Below are positions 34,112 through 46,824 of a stretch of DNA of 64,000 nt, piece after piece. Each line of letters opens with the position of its first letter. Position 1 is the stretch's first letter. The notes under the pieces are model-generated. The model was not told the origin of the DNA. It did no database searches and worked only from the letters and a program-made list of their open reading frames with translations. The stretch is from Eledone cirrhosa (lineage: Eukaryota): assembly GCA_964016885.1 (NCBI GenBank), contig CAXHJY010001577.1:1-64000 (forward strand), in the 5' to 3' direction. A program made the translations under genes and the position numbers.

Positions 34112-36722
34112 TATGAATATAGACATAGAATATTCGAAAATATTCTGTATGTTTATAATAAACATTTTGAAGACCTAATCGCTATAGAATAGAATACGTC
34201 ACGTATTACAATTAGATTCTCGATAAAAGCAAGGGAAGTAATCTACGCGTTTCATTCTCGTTAGAAATCATCAGGACTACATATCCAGTGCTTTTATCGA
34301 GAATGACACAGCTAGAGACTTATAGAATACTTAGCTGTGTACAGGAACTGGTTTGAAAGAGCGGTTGCCGGTCCGGCAGAAATTAGAAATTGGAATAAAT
34401 GCTCTGAAATAGCGATATATATGTGAATATAGACATAGAATATTCGAAAATATTCTGTATGTTTATAATAAACATTTTGAAGACCTAATCGCTATAGAAT
34501 AGAATACGTCACGTATTACAATTAGATTCTCGATAAAAGCAAGGGAAGTAATCTACGCGTTTCATTCTCGTTAGAAATCATCAGGACTACATATCCAGTG
34601 CTTTTATCGAGAATGACACAGCTAGAGACTTATAGAATACTTAGCTGTGTACAGGAACTGGTTTGAAAGAGCGGTTGCCGGTCCGGCAGAAATTAGAAAT
34701 TGGAATAAATGCTCTGAAATAGCGATATATATGTGAATATAGACATAGAATATTCGAAAATATTCTGTATGTTTATAATAAACATTTTGAAGACCTAATC
34801 GCTATAGAATAGAATACGTCACGTATTACAATTAGATTCTCGATAAAAGCAAGGGAAGTAATCTACGCGTTTCATTCTCGTTAGAAATCATCAGGACTAC
34901 ATATCCAGTGCTTTTATCGAGAATGACACAGCTAGAGACTTATAGAATACTTAGCTGTGTACATGAACTGGTTTGAAAGAGCGGTTGCCGGTCCGGCAGA
35001 AATTAGAAATTGGAATAAATGCTCTGAAATAGCGATATATATGTGAATATAGACATAGAATATTCGAAAATATTCTGTATGTTTATAATAAACATTTTGA
35101 AGACCTAATCGCTATAGAATAGAATACGTCACGTATTACAATTAGATTCTCGATAAAAGCAAGGGAAGTAATCTACGCGTTTCATTCTCGTTAGAAATCA
35201 TCAGGACTACATATCCAGTGCTTTTATCGAGAATGACACAGCTAGAGACTTATAGAATACTTAGCTGTGTACAGGAACTGGTTTGAAAGAGCGGTTGCCG
35301 GTCCGGCAGAAATTAGAAATTGGAATAAATGCTCTGAAATAGCGATATATATGTGAATATAGACATAGAATATTCGAAAATATTCTGTATGTTTATAATA
35401 AACATTTTGAAGACCTAATCGCTATAGAATAGAATACGTCACGTATTACAATTAGATTCTCGATAAAAGCAAGGGAAGTAATCTACGCGTTTCATTCTCG
35501 TTAGAAATCATCAGGACTACATATCCAGTGCTTTTATCGAGAATGACACAGCTAGAGACTTATAGAATACTTAGCTGTGTACAGGAACTGGTTTGAAAGA
35601 GCGGTTGCCGGTCCGGCAGAAATTAGAAATTGGAATAAATGCTCTGAAATAGCGATATATATGTGAATACGTGACGTATTCTATTCTATAGCGATTAGGT
35701 CTTCAAAATGTTTATTATAAACATACAGAATATTTTCGAATATTCTATGTCTATATTCACATATATATCGCTATTTCAGAGCATTTATTCCAATTTCTAA
35801 TTTCTGCCGGACCGGCAACCGCTCTTTCAAACCAGTTCCTGTACACAGCTAAGTATTCTATAAGTCTCTAGCTGTGTCATTCTCGATAAAAGCACTGGAT
35901 ATGTAGTCCTGATGATTTCTAACGAGAATGAAACGCGTAGATTACTTCCCTTGCTTTTATCGAGAATCTAATTGTAATACGTGACGTATTCTATTCTATA
36001 GCGATTAGGTCTTCAAAATGTTTATTATAAACATACAGAATATTTTCGAATATTCTATGTCTATATTCACATATATATCGCTATTTCAGAGCATTTATTC
36101 CAATTTCTAATTTCTGCCGGACCGGCAACCGCTCTTTCAAACCAGTTCCTGTACACAGCTAAGTATTCTATAAGTCTCTAGCTGTGTCATTCTCGATAAA
36201 AGCACTGGATATGTAGTCCTGATGATTTCTAACGAGAATGAAACGCGTAGATTACTTCCCTTGCTTTTATCGAGAATCTAATTGTAATACGTGACGTATT
36301 CTATTCTATAGCGATTAGGTCTTCAAAATGTTTATTATAAACATACAGAATATTTTCGAATATTCTATGTCTATATTCACATATATATCGCTATTTCAGA
36401 GCATTTATTCCAATTTCTAATTTCTGCCGGACCGGCAACCGCTCTTTCAAACCAGTTCCTGTACACAGCTAAGTATTCTATAAGTCTCTAGCTGTGTCAT
36501 TCTCGATAAAAGCACTGGATATGTAGTCCTGATGATTTCTAACGAGAATGAAACGCGTAGATTACTTCCCTTGCTTTTATCGAGAATCTAATTGTAATAC
36601 GTGACGTATTCTATTCTATAGCGATTAGGTCTTCAAAATGTTTATTATAAACATACAGAATATTTTCGAATATTCTATGTCTATATTCACATATATATCG
36701 CTATTTCAGAGCATTTATTCCA
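34112..36722. repeat. 310-bp near-perfect HHR tandem array, ~5 units then ~3.4 inverted units (junction ~35669)
   Basis: Exact 310-bp period; one substitution noticed (34963); TA tracts at both ends. Confidence 0.95.
35903..35945 (+). ncRNA. Minimal type I HHR of the 310-bp unit (8 copies: 34238, 34548, 34858, 35168, 35478 on minus; 35903, 36213, 36523 on plus)
   Basis: gtagtc-CTGATGA-t-ttct(aacg)agaa-t-GAAAC-GC-GTA-gattac; palindromic stem III ACGCGT; GUA triplet. Confidence 0.85.
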
Positions 36723-36772
36723 ATATATATATATATATTTATACTTACACATACATACGAACTACCGACCAA

Positions 36773-36960
36773 ATAATTGTTTCTACTTTTGGCACAAGGC
36801 CAACAATTATTCCAGTGCATTACTGGTGCTTTATTTTATCGACCCCATAAGGATGAAAGGCAAAGTTAACCTCGGCGGGATATGAACTCAGAACGAAAAC
36901 ACAGGTAACCCTATGCTGTAAAACAGGACATCCGACTCTCTATCGATACTGCCACTATCC
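36773..36960 (-). mobile_element. tRNA-derived SINE, same family as 19212
   Basis: Reverse complement of the SINE core (tttatcgaccccataaggatgaaaggcaaagtt). Confidence 0.8.
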
Positions 36961-37023
36961 AAATAATGTTTGGTATCAATGGGTTAAAGACATCTCTCAA
37001 AACAATTAGTGGTGAAGGAGGAT

Positions 37024-37070
<47 letters not shown>

Positions 37071-37074
37071 AACG

Positions 37075-37283
37075 ATCGACGTTCGTCAAATCGGACCGAG
37101 GGAACAATGTTTCCGTTGGTCTTTCCAATTGCTAATACTATCTATCGGTCGCAACTCCAGGTAGAAGGAGCAACGTGAAATAAAGTGTCTTGCTCAAGGA
37201 CATAACGCGTCGCCTGGTCCAGGAATCGAACTCACAACCTTACGATTGCGAATCCAATTCTCTAACCACTCAGCCACACGCCT

Positions 37284-37287
<4 letters not shown>
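37075..37287 (-). mobile_element. Second tRNA-derived SINE family
   Basis: Minus strand A box tggctgagtgg and B box gttcgattcc, followed by ccttgagcaagacactt core. Confidence 0.7.
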
Positions 37288-37328
<41 letters not shown>

Positions 37329-37805
37329 ACACACACACACACACATACACATATATATGTTGAATGGATGCCTCCATAAGCGGTATGCCGCTTGAGCACT
37401 CTATGCTCTAGCAGAGAATAATAATACAGAGTATAATAAAACGAAGAAACAGTCATGCATCGGAACACAATTTATTAATGTACTAGCAGTTTAGTCCGGC
37501 GTTGCTCGGGTTTGTTCATTTGCTATGAAAAGTTACATACAGGTAAGCGTAGCTTGAAAGCGCATAAGCTTATCAATTAAGTGCATAAAGCAGTTGAACC
37601 GGTTATTAATAGTTACGAACCAATTAGCATTTTGGACAATCAATGATAGGTTAATAATCTTCCAATAGCGAATTTAGTAGACCAAAGTTGCAAGATGGTG
37701 GCCCTCATGCCGCTGGATGTCAGATCTGTCCACTATGGGTAACCCTACCAGTTTTACAGACGACCTAGCTCCAACATCTATAGCATTTTTAGACGATATT
37801 GCGTA

Positions 37806-40305
37806 TCATCCCTTGAGGAGTGTAAGCAAAAATCCATTCCTGCTCCCTGCGTGGGAACAGGCAACATAAAGTTGGCCATGGGAGAAGCATGGCTCCCCCA
37901 AATGGATGCCCGCCACCGACAATGTTTGCCCTTGTGATTTGTTAATGGACATGGCAAAACATGGTCTCACCGGGAATTGGGATCGCCGGAAATCGAACTG
38001 GATATCTGACGCCGAGGGGAAAAAGTTCATACTTGGAATGAAAACATTCTCCCCTCCCGCGTACCCCGTTACAACGGTGGCCTCAATCAAGTGGGGCGTC
38101 AGTGACTTGACGACCATGCGAGTACCGTTGCACTGCTTTGGTGGACGCAAGTTCCTTATTAGAATAATGGGACAGCCAACCCTAAGCTTAAGAATGTGAG
38201 GTGGGAGCCCTGGGGGCTCAAGGGAATTTAATAACTTAACCGGATAATTAACGATATCGTCGAGGTCTGACGTCCGGTAGATACATTTGAAGATGTGTTC
38301 TTTACCGGGAAACTTCTCAATCAACTGCTCCTTAATAAAATTAACCATGGTATTTTTCGGAGCAAGGATGTCTCTTTGGCTGAGCCAATCGAGGTTTTTA
38401 AATTTAGATGAGACATTAGGAAAAAACTGCTTCCCAAAGGTCAGAAGGGCTGCTCACAATGTTGCACAAGGAGTCGATTGCTATGCATCCGCAGGGACCT
38501 TGCCCTCACCAAGTGCTAAAATATTCTGAGCAAATGCTGCAGACATGTTGTGACCATGCAAATGAGCACGCATATTTGTGCTCAGGTACAAACTCTTCAC
38601 CTAGAGCCACAACATGCACGGCTTAAGGCAGGCATGCACTTCATCCGCTCTTGTCCCTTTGGGTAAGACCGGCAGCGTTTGCCGAAAATCCCCTGATAGC
38701 AGAAGGGTTACGCCACCCATAGGAGCCGTAGAATCCCTAATGTCTTTCAGGGTCCTGTCCAAAGCCTCAAGGGCACCCTTGTGTGCCATTGTGCACTCAT
38801 CCCAAACAATGAGACAACATTTTTTGAGAACCAGAGCTTCGTGTGAACTCTTGCTGATATTGCATGTTGGTGTCTCAGTTTTTACTAAATCCAAGAGGTG
38901 TTTAAAGGTTGAATGTGATGTCCTGCCTCCCGGCAACAAAGTAGCAGCGATCCCGTACGATGCAACGGTCAACGCAATTTTTTTCTCCTGTCGAATCTTA
39001 GTGAGAATCCATTTCGTTACAAAAGTTTTTCCGGTACCCCCAGATTTTGAAATCTGATTTTGAACCGCGTCAATGATAGTTAAATAGGCCAACCTTTGGT
39101 CCGACAGAAGTTTCGGCTCATTTTCCTCTAAGTATTGGGGAAGAGATTCGATGTCATATGCTGTTTCCCGCAACAAATCCGGGGCCAACGTGTTAGCTTC
39201 CTCTCTGACGGTTGACGGCAAGCCCTACGTCGCCAACTCACTCCCACCCATGTCGAGGAGAGCGTCCTCGATATCAATGAGTGCCCTGTTGTAGATAATG
39301 TCGCTGTAACCAACTTCCACTGAAGTATACTGCAGATGAGCCAGGCGCAGGAAGTCCTCAGACATGAAGTCTCTGTACTTGACCCATAAAGATTTGGGAT
39401 CACCCAATTCACATTTTTGAAGCAAAATGGCAAAGAGTTCCCGAAGACCTTTAGGTGATTTCAACAGAGCACCCTCTGCTAAAGTGGAATCCCATTGCGA
39501 ACCAAAAGACCACGCTTAAAGCAGGCTTCCCGGTACGTATCACATATTTCTCCATCAACAATTTTGAGGTCCTGAAAACTTTGTGGGCCTACAACTTCAT
39601 GCAGAAGAAGGCGGAGATGAAAGCAGTCATGCTGACTTGGGGGCACAGTGTAAACCCTTCCAAGACAGCTGTCAAATTTTACACCAGGATGTCTTTCAGC
39701 AGCCTTACCTGACTTTCTTCGCACCCGAATGTTTTTCGACCATATAAAGTAGGATGGAACCTGGGAGTACACAATTGTTTGCGCAAATGTATCGAACTGG
39801 CAAAGTTTGAAGAAACCCGTCAGAGTGGTCTCTTTCGCATCCGCGGCCAACTTGACGGCGGTTTGGTCCGTAAAGTAAACCCTTTGCCCATTTTCCAAAT
39901 GTACCGCAAGCTGTACGATGGCGGGGTGACGTTGTTGTAGGGGTAAACCAAATAGTCGCCAAAAAGCTTCATTGCTACTGATGTACCTCCCCGCCATGTA
40001 ATCTGTGATCTCGTCCCTGCTATTTTCAGTTTGAAATGAGAACATTGCGGCATCAGAGCCCTTATTTACATATTTGCATATTTATTTTATCGACTTGACC
40101 GAGATGCAAAACTCAACGTTGATGTGGGCGTTGAACATCTTCAAGAGAAGCGGGCAATAAGGGACCACCCATCTATTGTCGACTTGACCTCCCCTTACTG
40201 TTGTGGTGAAGCCACCGTTCTCGGGCCGTCTCCGCCTGTACAGGGGGTACCCGTCCCCACCAGTCTGAGTCTGGTCAACAAATTTTTTTGGGTATCCCTT
40301 ACCGC
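37806..40305 (-). pseudogene. Helitron RepHel (Rep C-terminal region + Pif1 helicase), frameshifted
   Basis: GRYISSNEAFWRLF, LAVHLENGQ, GGTGKT, AATLLPGGRTSHSTF, VWDECTM, GDFRQTLPV, NGTR, FAMSINKSQGQTL, FSHGQLYVA spread over several broken ORFs. Confidence 0.92.
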
Positions 40306-40884
40306 AATGACATTAAATTTGGTAACGGATTAATTCAGACCTGCCAACCTCTAAAAATCCAAACAGGGAGTACCATGAAAAAAAGGGCCCCAAAACGGGG
40401 AGAAATGAGGCAAAATGGGGAGATTTTACATAATGAAAGTTATACCCATTTTCACAAGAGAAGTCATTTATCATTCACCCCAGAGTGGGTAGGAGATCTC
40501 CCCGTCGGACGGGGAGAGTTGACAGGTCTGTTTATTACACCACCAAACAACGGGTACAATTCATCAAACAGGCTTCCACACAGTACTTTCTACCTAATTT
40601 TACTCACATTTTCCTAAGGCCATGCCTGAGCTCAATTATTGAATGCTATCTTCAACTTTTGAAGTTTTGGTCAATCTCTAGTGAGAATGTTATGCGTCTA
40701 GAAACCCAAAAATCTTTGCCATAAATTTTAATCAGTAGATTTCAGATTGATCTCCGACAAATCTATAACTAATATTTTAAGTAATACTATATAAACGAAC
40801 TATGTATAAACTTGTATAAGAAAGTGTTGTTGATTTCATGCATCGATATACATTCCCCAATTTATAATGAAAGAGAAAGGAAAC

Positions 40885-41195
40885 ATATGAGTGTGGGTTG
40901 AACAGTTCATAGGAAGACTATGAAGGAATAATACTAGGGCTGTGACATTTTACATATATCAATTTCAACTCATCTTATCAATAACTGCATTGTTTTTTTC
41001 AGGTAGACTGACATCTGACTACATTAGGGGATGACGCTCCAGCTTTATCAACGGGGCAAAAGTGGGCAGTTGAATTTAGGAGGGGAAGGGAGAGTCTTGA
41101 AGATGACCCAGGTCTGGACGTCCTGCAGTTGCCATCTCCGAAGAAAACATTCATCGTGTTCATAATATGGATGATAGGCGATTGACTATAAAGCT
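40885..41195 (+). mobile_element. Mariner transposase fragment nested in the Helitron
   Basis: ~41027-41170 translates GDDAPALSTGQKWAVEFRRGRESLEDDP/SGRP..EENIHRVH (mariner HTH region). Confidence 0.7.
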
Positions 41196-42501
41196 AAGAG
41201 ACTATAGGGATGTGTGTGAAACAGTGTTGTCATATAGAGAGTGAAGAGCGACAGAGAGAGTAAAGCAGTTAAATTATAGAGAGGGGGAATGCTCATGATT
41301 GCTGTTTTCCCTTATTGTTGATAGATTTGAAATATTTTGTTTCATGACCTTCTCCTGACCAAAAGCAATAATTGTCCCGACTTTGAATAGAATCCCGTGA
41401 AAAAAGTTTTCTCATTAATTTTTTGTCTCATATTGAGAAAAACAAAGAAAGAAAATTACAAAAAGGACAACAATAAAATATAATGTCTTTGCTGAGAATC
41501 ATGTAAATAAATGCTTAAGCGTCGTTATTGTTACGTTTGTTGTTTTATAAATTCATCTGTTGCTTTTGAATATTTGTTATTTGATGTAAATGTAAGTGTG
41601 TAAAATGTAACGTAGAGAGTGCAGTATGTATTTAGTGTTATCGGCTTTTTTAAATTTTGATATTTGATGTGTGAGTGTCGCTTAGTTATCAAAGTTTTTT
41701 TCGCGTTCCCGAACGAAGAGGGGGAATGATCTATTATATAGAGAGAGAACAGCGACGGAGAGAGTGAAGCTAGTGTTAAACATCGAAGCATGAAGAGAGT
41801 AAAGCAGTTAAATTATAGAAAGGGGGAATAATCTATTGTAGAGAGAGGGAAGAGCGACGGAGAGAGTAAAGCTATGGTTGTTGTATAAATCGATGTGTTG
41901 CTTAGGTTTCAAAGTTTGTGTCGCGTCCCTTCAACAGAAGTTTTGTCTTTGTTCTAAACTGTAGGGTAGTAGACGGAGGCAGTAACCTTTTAAAGATAGT
42001 TGCAGAGGAGATAGGAGAGTGGAGTAGAGGAAAGGATGAACCTTTTAAAGAGAGTTGCAACATGTATGTAGTTTCATATATTTTTGATGGTAGTAGTGAG
42101 AGGAATGAAGCGTATAAGAGAGAGGGTTACAGCATATATTTAGTTTTATCGATTTATTTTTTATAGAAGCAGGAAACTTTTGGCAAAAATAATTACGCGT
42201 TGACCTGCCCTAGTAAATTTGGAGCATATTGGGAAAAATCATCAAAATCGGTAGAGAAATGTGGAAATACATAAAAATCATACACACACACAGACAGACA
42301 TCTACCGTTTTATATATATAGAGATTACAATTGAGATGATTTGCTTCGAAGTCACTAGACGTATCTGAGGAACTTGCCAACCCAGAGTCAGGTTCGATCC
42401 ACAAATAGATCGCACCTCGAGCTGTTCGCCGGAGAAACAATTTGTGTTCCGATGCATCACTGATTCTTCGTTTTCCCTATTATATATACATATATATATA
42501 T

Positions 42502-42620
42502 ATAGGAACAAGTAAGACCCCGTCGGGGTCTTACTTGTTCCTATTACCCACTCTACTACCCTAAGTATTGAGTACTTTGGTGCGTTATGGTCCACCTGGT
42601 TCCTTACCACATTTCCTTCG

Positions 42621-42623
<3 letters not shown>
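42502..42623 (+). mobile_element. Fold-back stub of an HHR family (also 51770-51975)
   Basis: Perfect hairpin taggaacaagtaagacccc-gtc-ggggtcttacttgttccta followed by a 3' tail shared with 51770-51850. Confidence 0.65.
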
Positions 42624-42670
<47 letters not shown>

Positions 42671-42880
42671 CTTGCAAGGTTTTTTATATGAAATCGTGTG
42701 TCGAAACAAATATTGTTATATTTGTGGAGGGTCATATTGTTATAATATTCCCAGAAATAATAACAGAACATACTCACTATTTGGTTTGGGTTGGTTTTCA
42801 CTTCTGTATCTTTTATATCTCCATAGTTAATTTATTTGACAATCAATGTTTATCATTGATTGACCAGCGCTTAAAAATAC

Positions 42881-42922
<42 letters not shown>

Positions 42923-43049
42923 GATCAAAGTTTTTTTCGTCGCACATCTGCAACATCATCAGTGGTACTATTATGTTTCCCCCCATTGTATTGTATTGTA
43001 ATGTCTACGCCATTTTAATTTTATTTTAAATTAAAATAAATCTGTGTTT

Positions 43050-43578
43050 ATCTCTCTTTATTATATTGAATTATATTACACGGCTCGGAAAATGTTTTCC
43101 TTGAGTTATTTTAATGGTAAGGGACTTTACTGAGTTTCTAACTCAATATATACTTTGATAATTATGGCTCCTTGAATTTTGTAGAGCTTAATAATTATCC
43201 CGTGAACCAGGCCGCTATTTTTAGCAGTATACGTATTTTACGAGAGACGCTAGGTTCTGGATGCCACGTGTATTATTCTAAACGCGCATTTCATCTAGTC
43301 TTCTCGGAAACTTAGAATGTGAAGGGTCAGCTAATTTTTTTACATCCACTGAAGAGCAGAAGAATTGGTAAACAATTTTCTTGATGGGAAACAATTTTAC
43401 CGAAGACTGTCTGGATGTTCGATAGTTATCACAATCGATTTGTTTTTCTTAATTTTTCTTTTAATTGAGTCTGGCGGACCGTATTATTTATAGTTAATAT
43501 ACTTTTCACCCTAGCGAATCTGGTCCCCTATAATTTGAACACGGATGTGTTGATCTCTCTTTATTATATTGAATTATA
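43050..43578 (+). mobile_element. 503-bp terminally redundant element with HHR-like motif at 43342-43418
   Basis: 43050-43075 repeats at 43553-43578; acatcca-CTGAAGA...GAAG-act-GTC-tggatgt (7-bp stem I, non-canonical GAAG). Confidence 0.6.
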
Positions 43579-43617
43579 TATATATATATTTATATATATA
43601 TATATATATATACATAT

Positions 43618-43921
43618 CAGTGGCGAAGGGTAACCTGGAAAGCAGGGCATGCAGTCCAATCGCCATGGCGGAAAGTGAGGCTGTGCAGCCTTACCTCCCA
43701 CCCCGATTCCCTCTAAATGATCCTCCCGGTCAAAGCTGCATGTAGTGTTATCTAGTGTATGTGTGTGTGTGTGTATGTGTGTGTGTGTATGTGTGTGCGT
43801 GTGTGTGTTATCTTTTTTTGTGTCTATACGTTTTAGTAAGCAGCCAAAATTCTGCTTGCTTCAACCGACGCCATTGATCAACTCAAGATTCTATAACGCA
43901 TGCACGGACCCTTCGCCCCTG
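43618..43921. mobile_element. MITE with CAGTGGCGAAG/CTTCGCCCCTG terminal inverted repeats
   Basis: TIRs flanked by TA repeats; second copy at 57047-57397. Superfamily not determined (hAT-like ends). Confidence 0.75.
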
Positions 43922-44103
43922 ATATATATATATATATATATATACATACAATGTCAATTAGATCCCTAAGGATTTTTGTACAAGTTGAAAACATGTTATG
44001 TATACATATATATAAATCTATATATACACATGTTCATGCACACATACACGCACTCCCATATATATATATATACATACATATATATATATATATGTGTACA
44101 TAC

Positions 44104-44168
<65 letters not shown>

Positions 44169-45420
44169 ATAACAAGGTATTGTTTAAGGTAATCCAACTA
44201 GAGGTTGTGAGTAATCTGTGTTGAGGAAAGTTTAAACGTACGACGTTGTTTGACTCAACAAGAAGTTTCCTTAGTTAGGTGGCGAGTTAAAGAGAATTCT
44301 CATGCAGATGGTTCCTGGAGTAATAATAGTGAAATAATAACATGATGCAATCAAAACAGTGCAATCAAACTTTTTAGCGAAAAATATCTTACCTTCTCCA
44401 ATAAAAAATATTATGTATCTTGCGAAATCAACAGACTTTCAATAATGACCTTCGGTCTTTCACTCTCTCTCTCTGTCTCCCTCTCTGTCTCTCTCTCTGT
44501 CTCTCTCTCTCTATATATATATAAAAAAAAAAATATATATATATAGTGAAATTATATAGAATAACATGGTCAGCTGTACAAAAGTGTTTATTTACAGTAT
44601 TAATCAGGTGTGTCTAAAGGCAGCTGAACGCTAGAAATTACGTCACTCGACCTTAATTACAGTGTGTCTCTGATCAAATCATCGAAATATACAATGTCTA
44701 GCGATCACCGGCTTTTAGACTCACCTGATTAATGAAACAGTTGTTAATACTGTAAATAAAACCTTTTTCTACTCTACAGCCGACCCATGTTATTCTTTAT
44801 AATTTCGATATATATATATATATATATATAGTGAGTGAGTGTGAAAGACCAAAGGCCATTATTGAAAGTCTCTGGATTTCGCAAGATACATAATATTTTT
44901 TATTGGATATTTTTCCGCAAAGAGAATTTGATTGCACTATTTTGTTTTCAATTATGTATTTTTTGAAAATGTTATTTATTCATTACAAAAATTGAATGAT
45001 AGCATTCTATATGTAGGTATGTAGGTGAGCCCCCTTCATCTCCTGGCAACCAATATTTTTAGACCCAGTCCGCTACTGGCTGTATATATGAACTAATTGA
45101 ATTTTTATATCTAGCGATATACAGTATCTTTATAAATAAACATTTTGATAGCCTTCAACTATGAATTTGGAAACTGATGGTGTCCGCTATCGAGTGGATT
45201 CCAGCAGAAGCTAGGGATAGGTAACTAACGACAATTACGTCATCGTTTCTGACTCCGCTCGAACTCAATATAGGCAAAATCATATAGTTCAGACCCATAG
45301 GAAAATGGGCTGATTATCCTCATTTGTATATAGAACTATAGACTGGCTCGGTCGGAACATAAAATGAGCTAATTATATGGGAGTACATTATGCCAGCAGA
45401 AAGATTTATTATTTTTGTTG

Positions 45421-45600
45421 CGGTGGATTGGCAGTATCGGTAAAAAGTCGGACACCATGCGTTGAAGTATAGAGTTACGTCCCTTTATGATCTGAGTTCA
45501 AATCCCCCCGAGGTTAACTTTGCCTTTCATCCTTACGGGGTCGATAAAGTAATGTACTGGGTAATTGCTTGCCTTGTGCCTAAAATAGAAACAATTATTT
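45421..45600 (+). mobile_element. tRNA-derived SINE, same family as 19212 (partial minus copies at ~47222-47435)
   Basis: Same A/B-box-like head and core. Confidence 0.8.
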
Positions 45601-46645
45601 TTGTTGCACGATCCAGTATTTTAAATGGTACTCTTAATTAAATCGAGCGAAACCATTTGGCTGGTTTGAGAGCTGCGAAAGGTGTAGATATGTGTATAAA
45701 CTTGTCTTTTACATCACCTTTCTTTATCTATTTATTCCAGTCACTTCTTTGCGCCAGCACACTTCTCCTTGTCTTACTCCTATTTCAATATTTTCTATAT
45801 CTCATCTGCCTATCACCCATCTTGTAGATTGTTTCTCTGTTGACCACTGGCTGCTGTCCTCTGTAGCATTTTTGCCCAGCGCTGTCTTTAAGAGCATTTA
45901 GCTGTTTTAATGGTTGTTCTAGCGATTAGTTTTCTCATTTTTATATGTATTAAAATTCACTATCGCTTCTTCTCAATCAGACACATTGTTTTATATATAT
46001 ACAGGTTCTCCCTTCAAAATATATACACACTTCGACAGCATACTAATCAAATTGTGTATACATTTTTGGGACACCCTATATATGTGTGTGTGTTTTTTGG
46101 GGGGGGGGATATTTCAATGTAGCAATATCCGTAGGTGTGAAAAAGAAAAAGGGAAACTGCTCAATCGGGAAGAGATCAGAAATATATTTATTTCAACAAA
46201 TTGGACTGATTTTCAGCCATCTTACTTTCATTTATTTACTTCCGTTATATCTTTTGTTGCTCTTTCTCTTTCCACACTTACATAATACAGTCCACTTTCG
46301 ATACTACTCTACTCGATACCTTAATAAATATTACTATCTCTATATTACATTCCACCATATGATACAATACTTCTGCTGTAGTATACGAACACAACTACGT
46401 GGTTGATCTCAAAATTCAAATTTACATTTTGAACTTATTTTCCATTGTTTTATAACATTTTTATTTTCGTAAAAATGTGTTCATGGCAAAATTTATTTTT
46501 AACGGTATCTCATAAATTTAAATGCCTGAAGAAAGGTCACACTCTTGAGGCCAATTGTTTTCTGGAGTTATGGTCAAATTGGGGCCTTGAAAACTTGAGT
46601 AGCACCCTTATTCCGTGTATGAACATAAATGATTTATACTCGTAT

Positions 46646-46711
<66 letters not shown>

Positions 46712-46741
46712 TTAGATATTAACACGGATTTAAATCATATC

Positions 46742-46824
46742 ATTTAATTGTGTGACGATCGTTTCATTAAAATAACTGGAATATTCCATTCTTATTATAA
46801 TAATTTCATCAGAATCGATTAAAT
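46742..46824 (-). ncRNA. HHR motif with eroded stem I
   Basis: Minus strand: CTGATGA-a-atta...taat-GAAAC-GATC-GTC; palindromic stem III; proximal stem I mismatched, distal atttaat/attaaat pairs. Confidence 0.5.

Larger units (their letters stand above)
37483..42324 (-). mobile_element. Defective Helitron with nested insertions
   Basis: Minus-strand 5' a|TCTCTATATAT (42324), 3' hairpin cccgagcaacgccgg..CTAG|t (37483), internal RepHel pseudogene and subterminal minisatellite. Confidence 0.85.

Noticed and set aside
34112-36722. CRISPR-like periodicity in the 310-bp and 520-bp arrays
   Set aside because: Units are fully repeated with no unique spacers; no cas genes; eukaryotic context.
37215-37287. 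tRNA gene (A and B boxes on minus strand)
   Set aside because: No complete cloverleaf could be formed; it continues into a SINE body, as do the other A/B-box hits.
38601-39221. Host Pif1 helicase gene
   Set aside because: Frameshifted, intronless, linked to Helitron Rep-side motifs and enclosed by TC/CTAG termini.
45215-45330. Possible HHR on minus strand (GAAACGA..TCGTT with a long upstream stem)
   Set aside because: No properly placed CUGANGA or stem I found.
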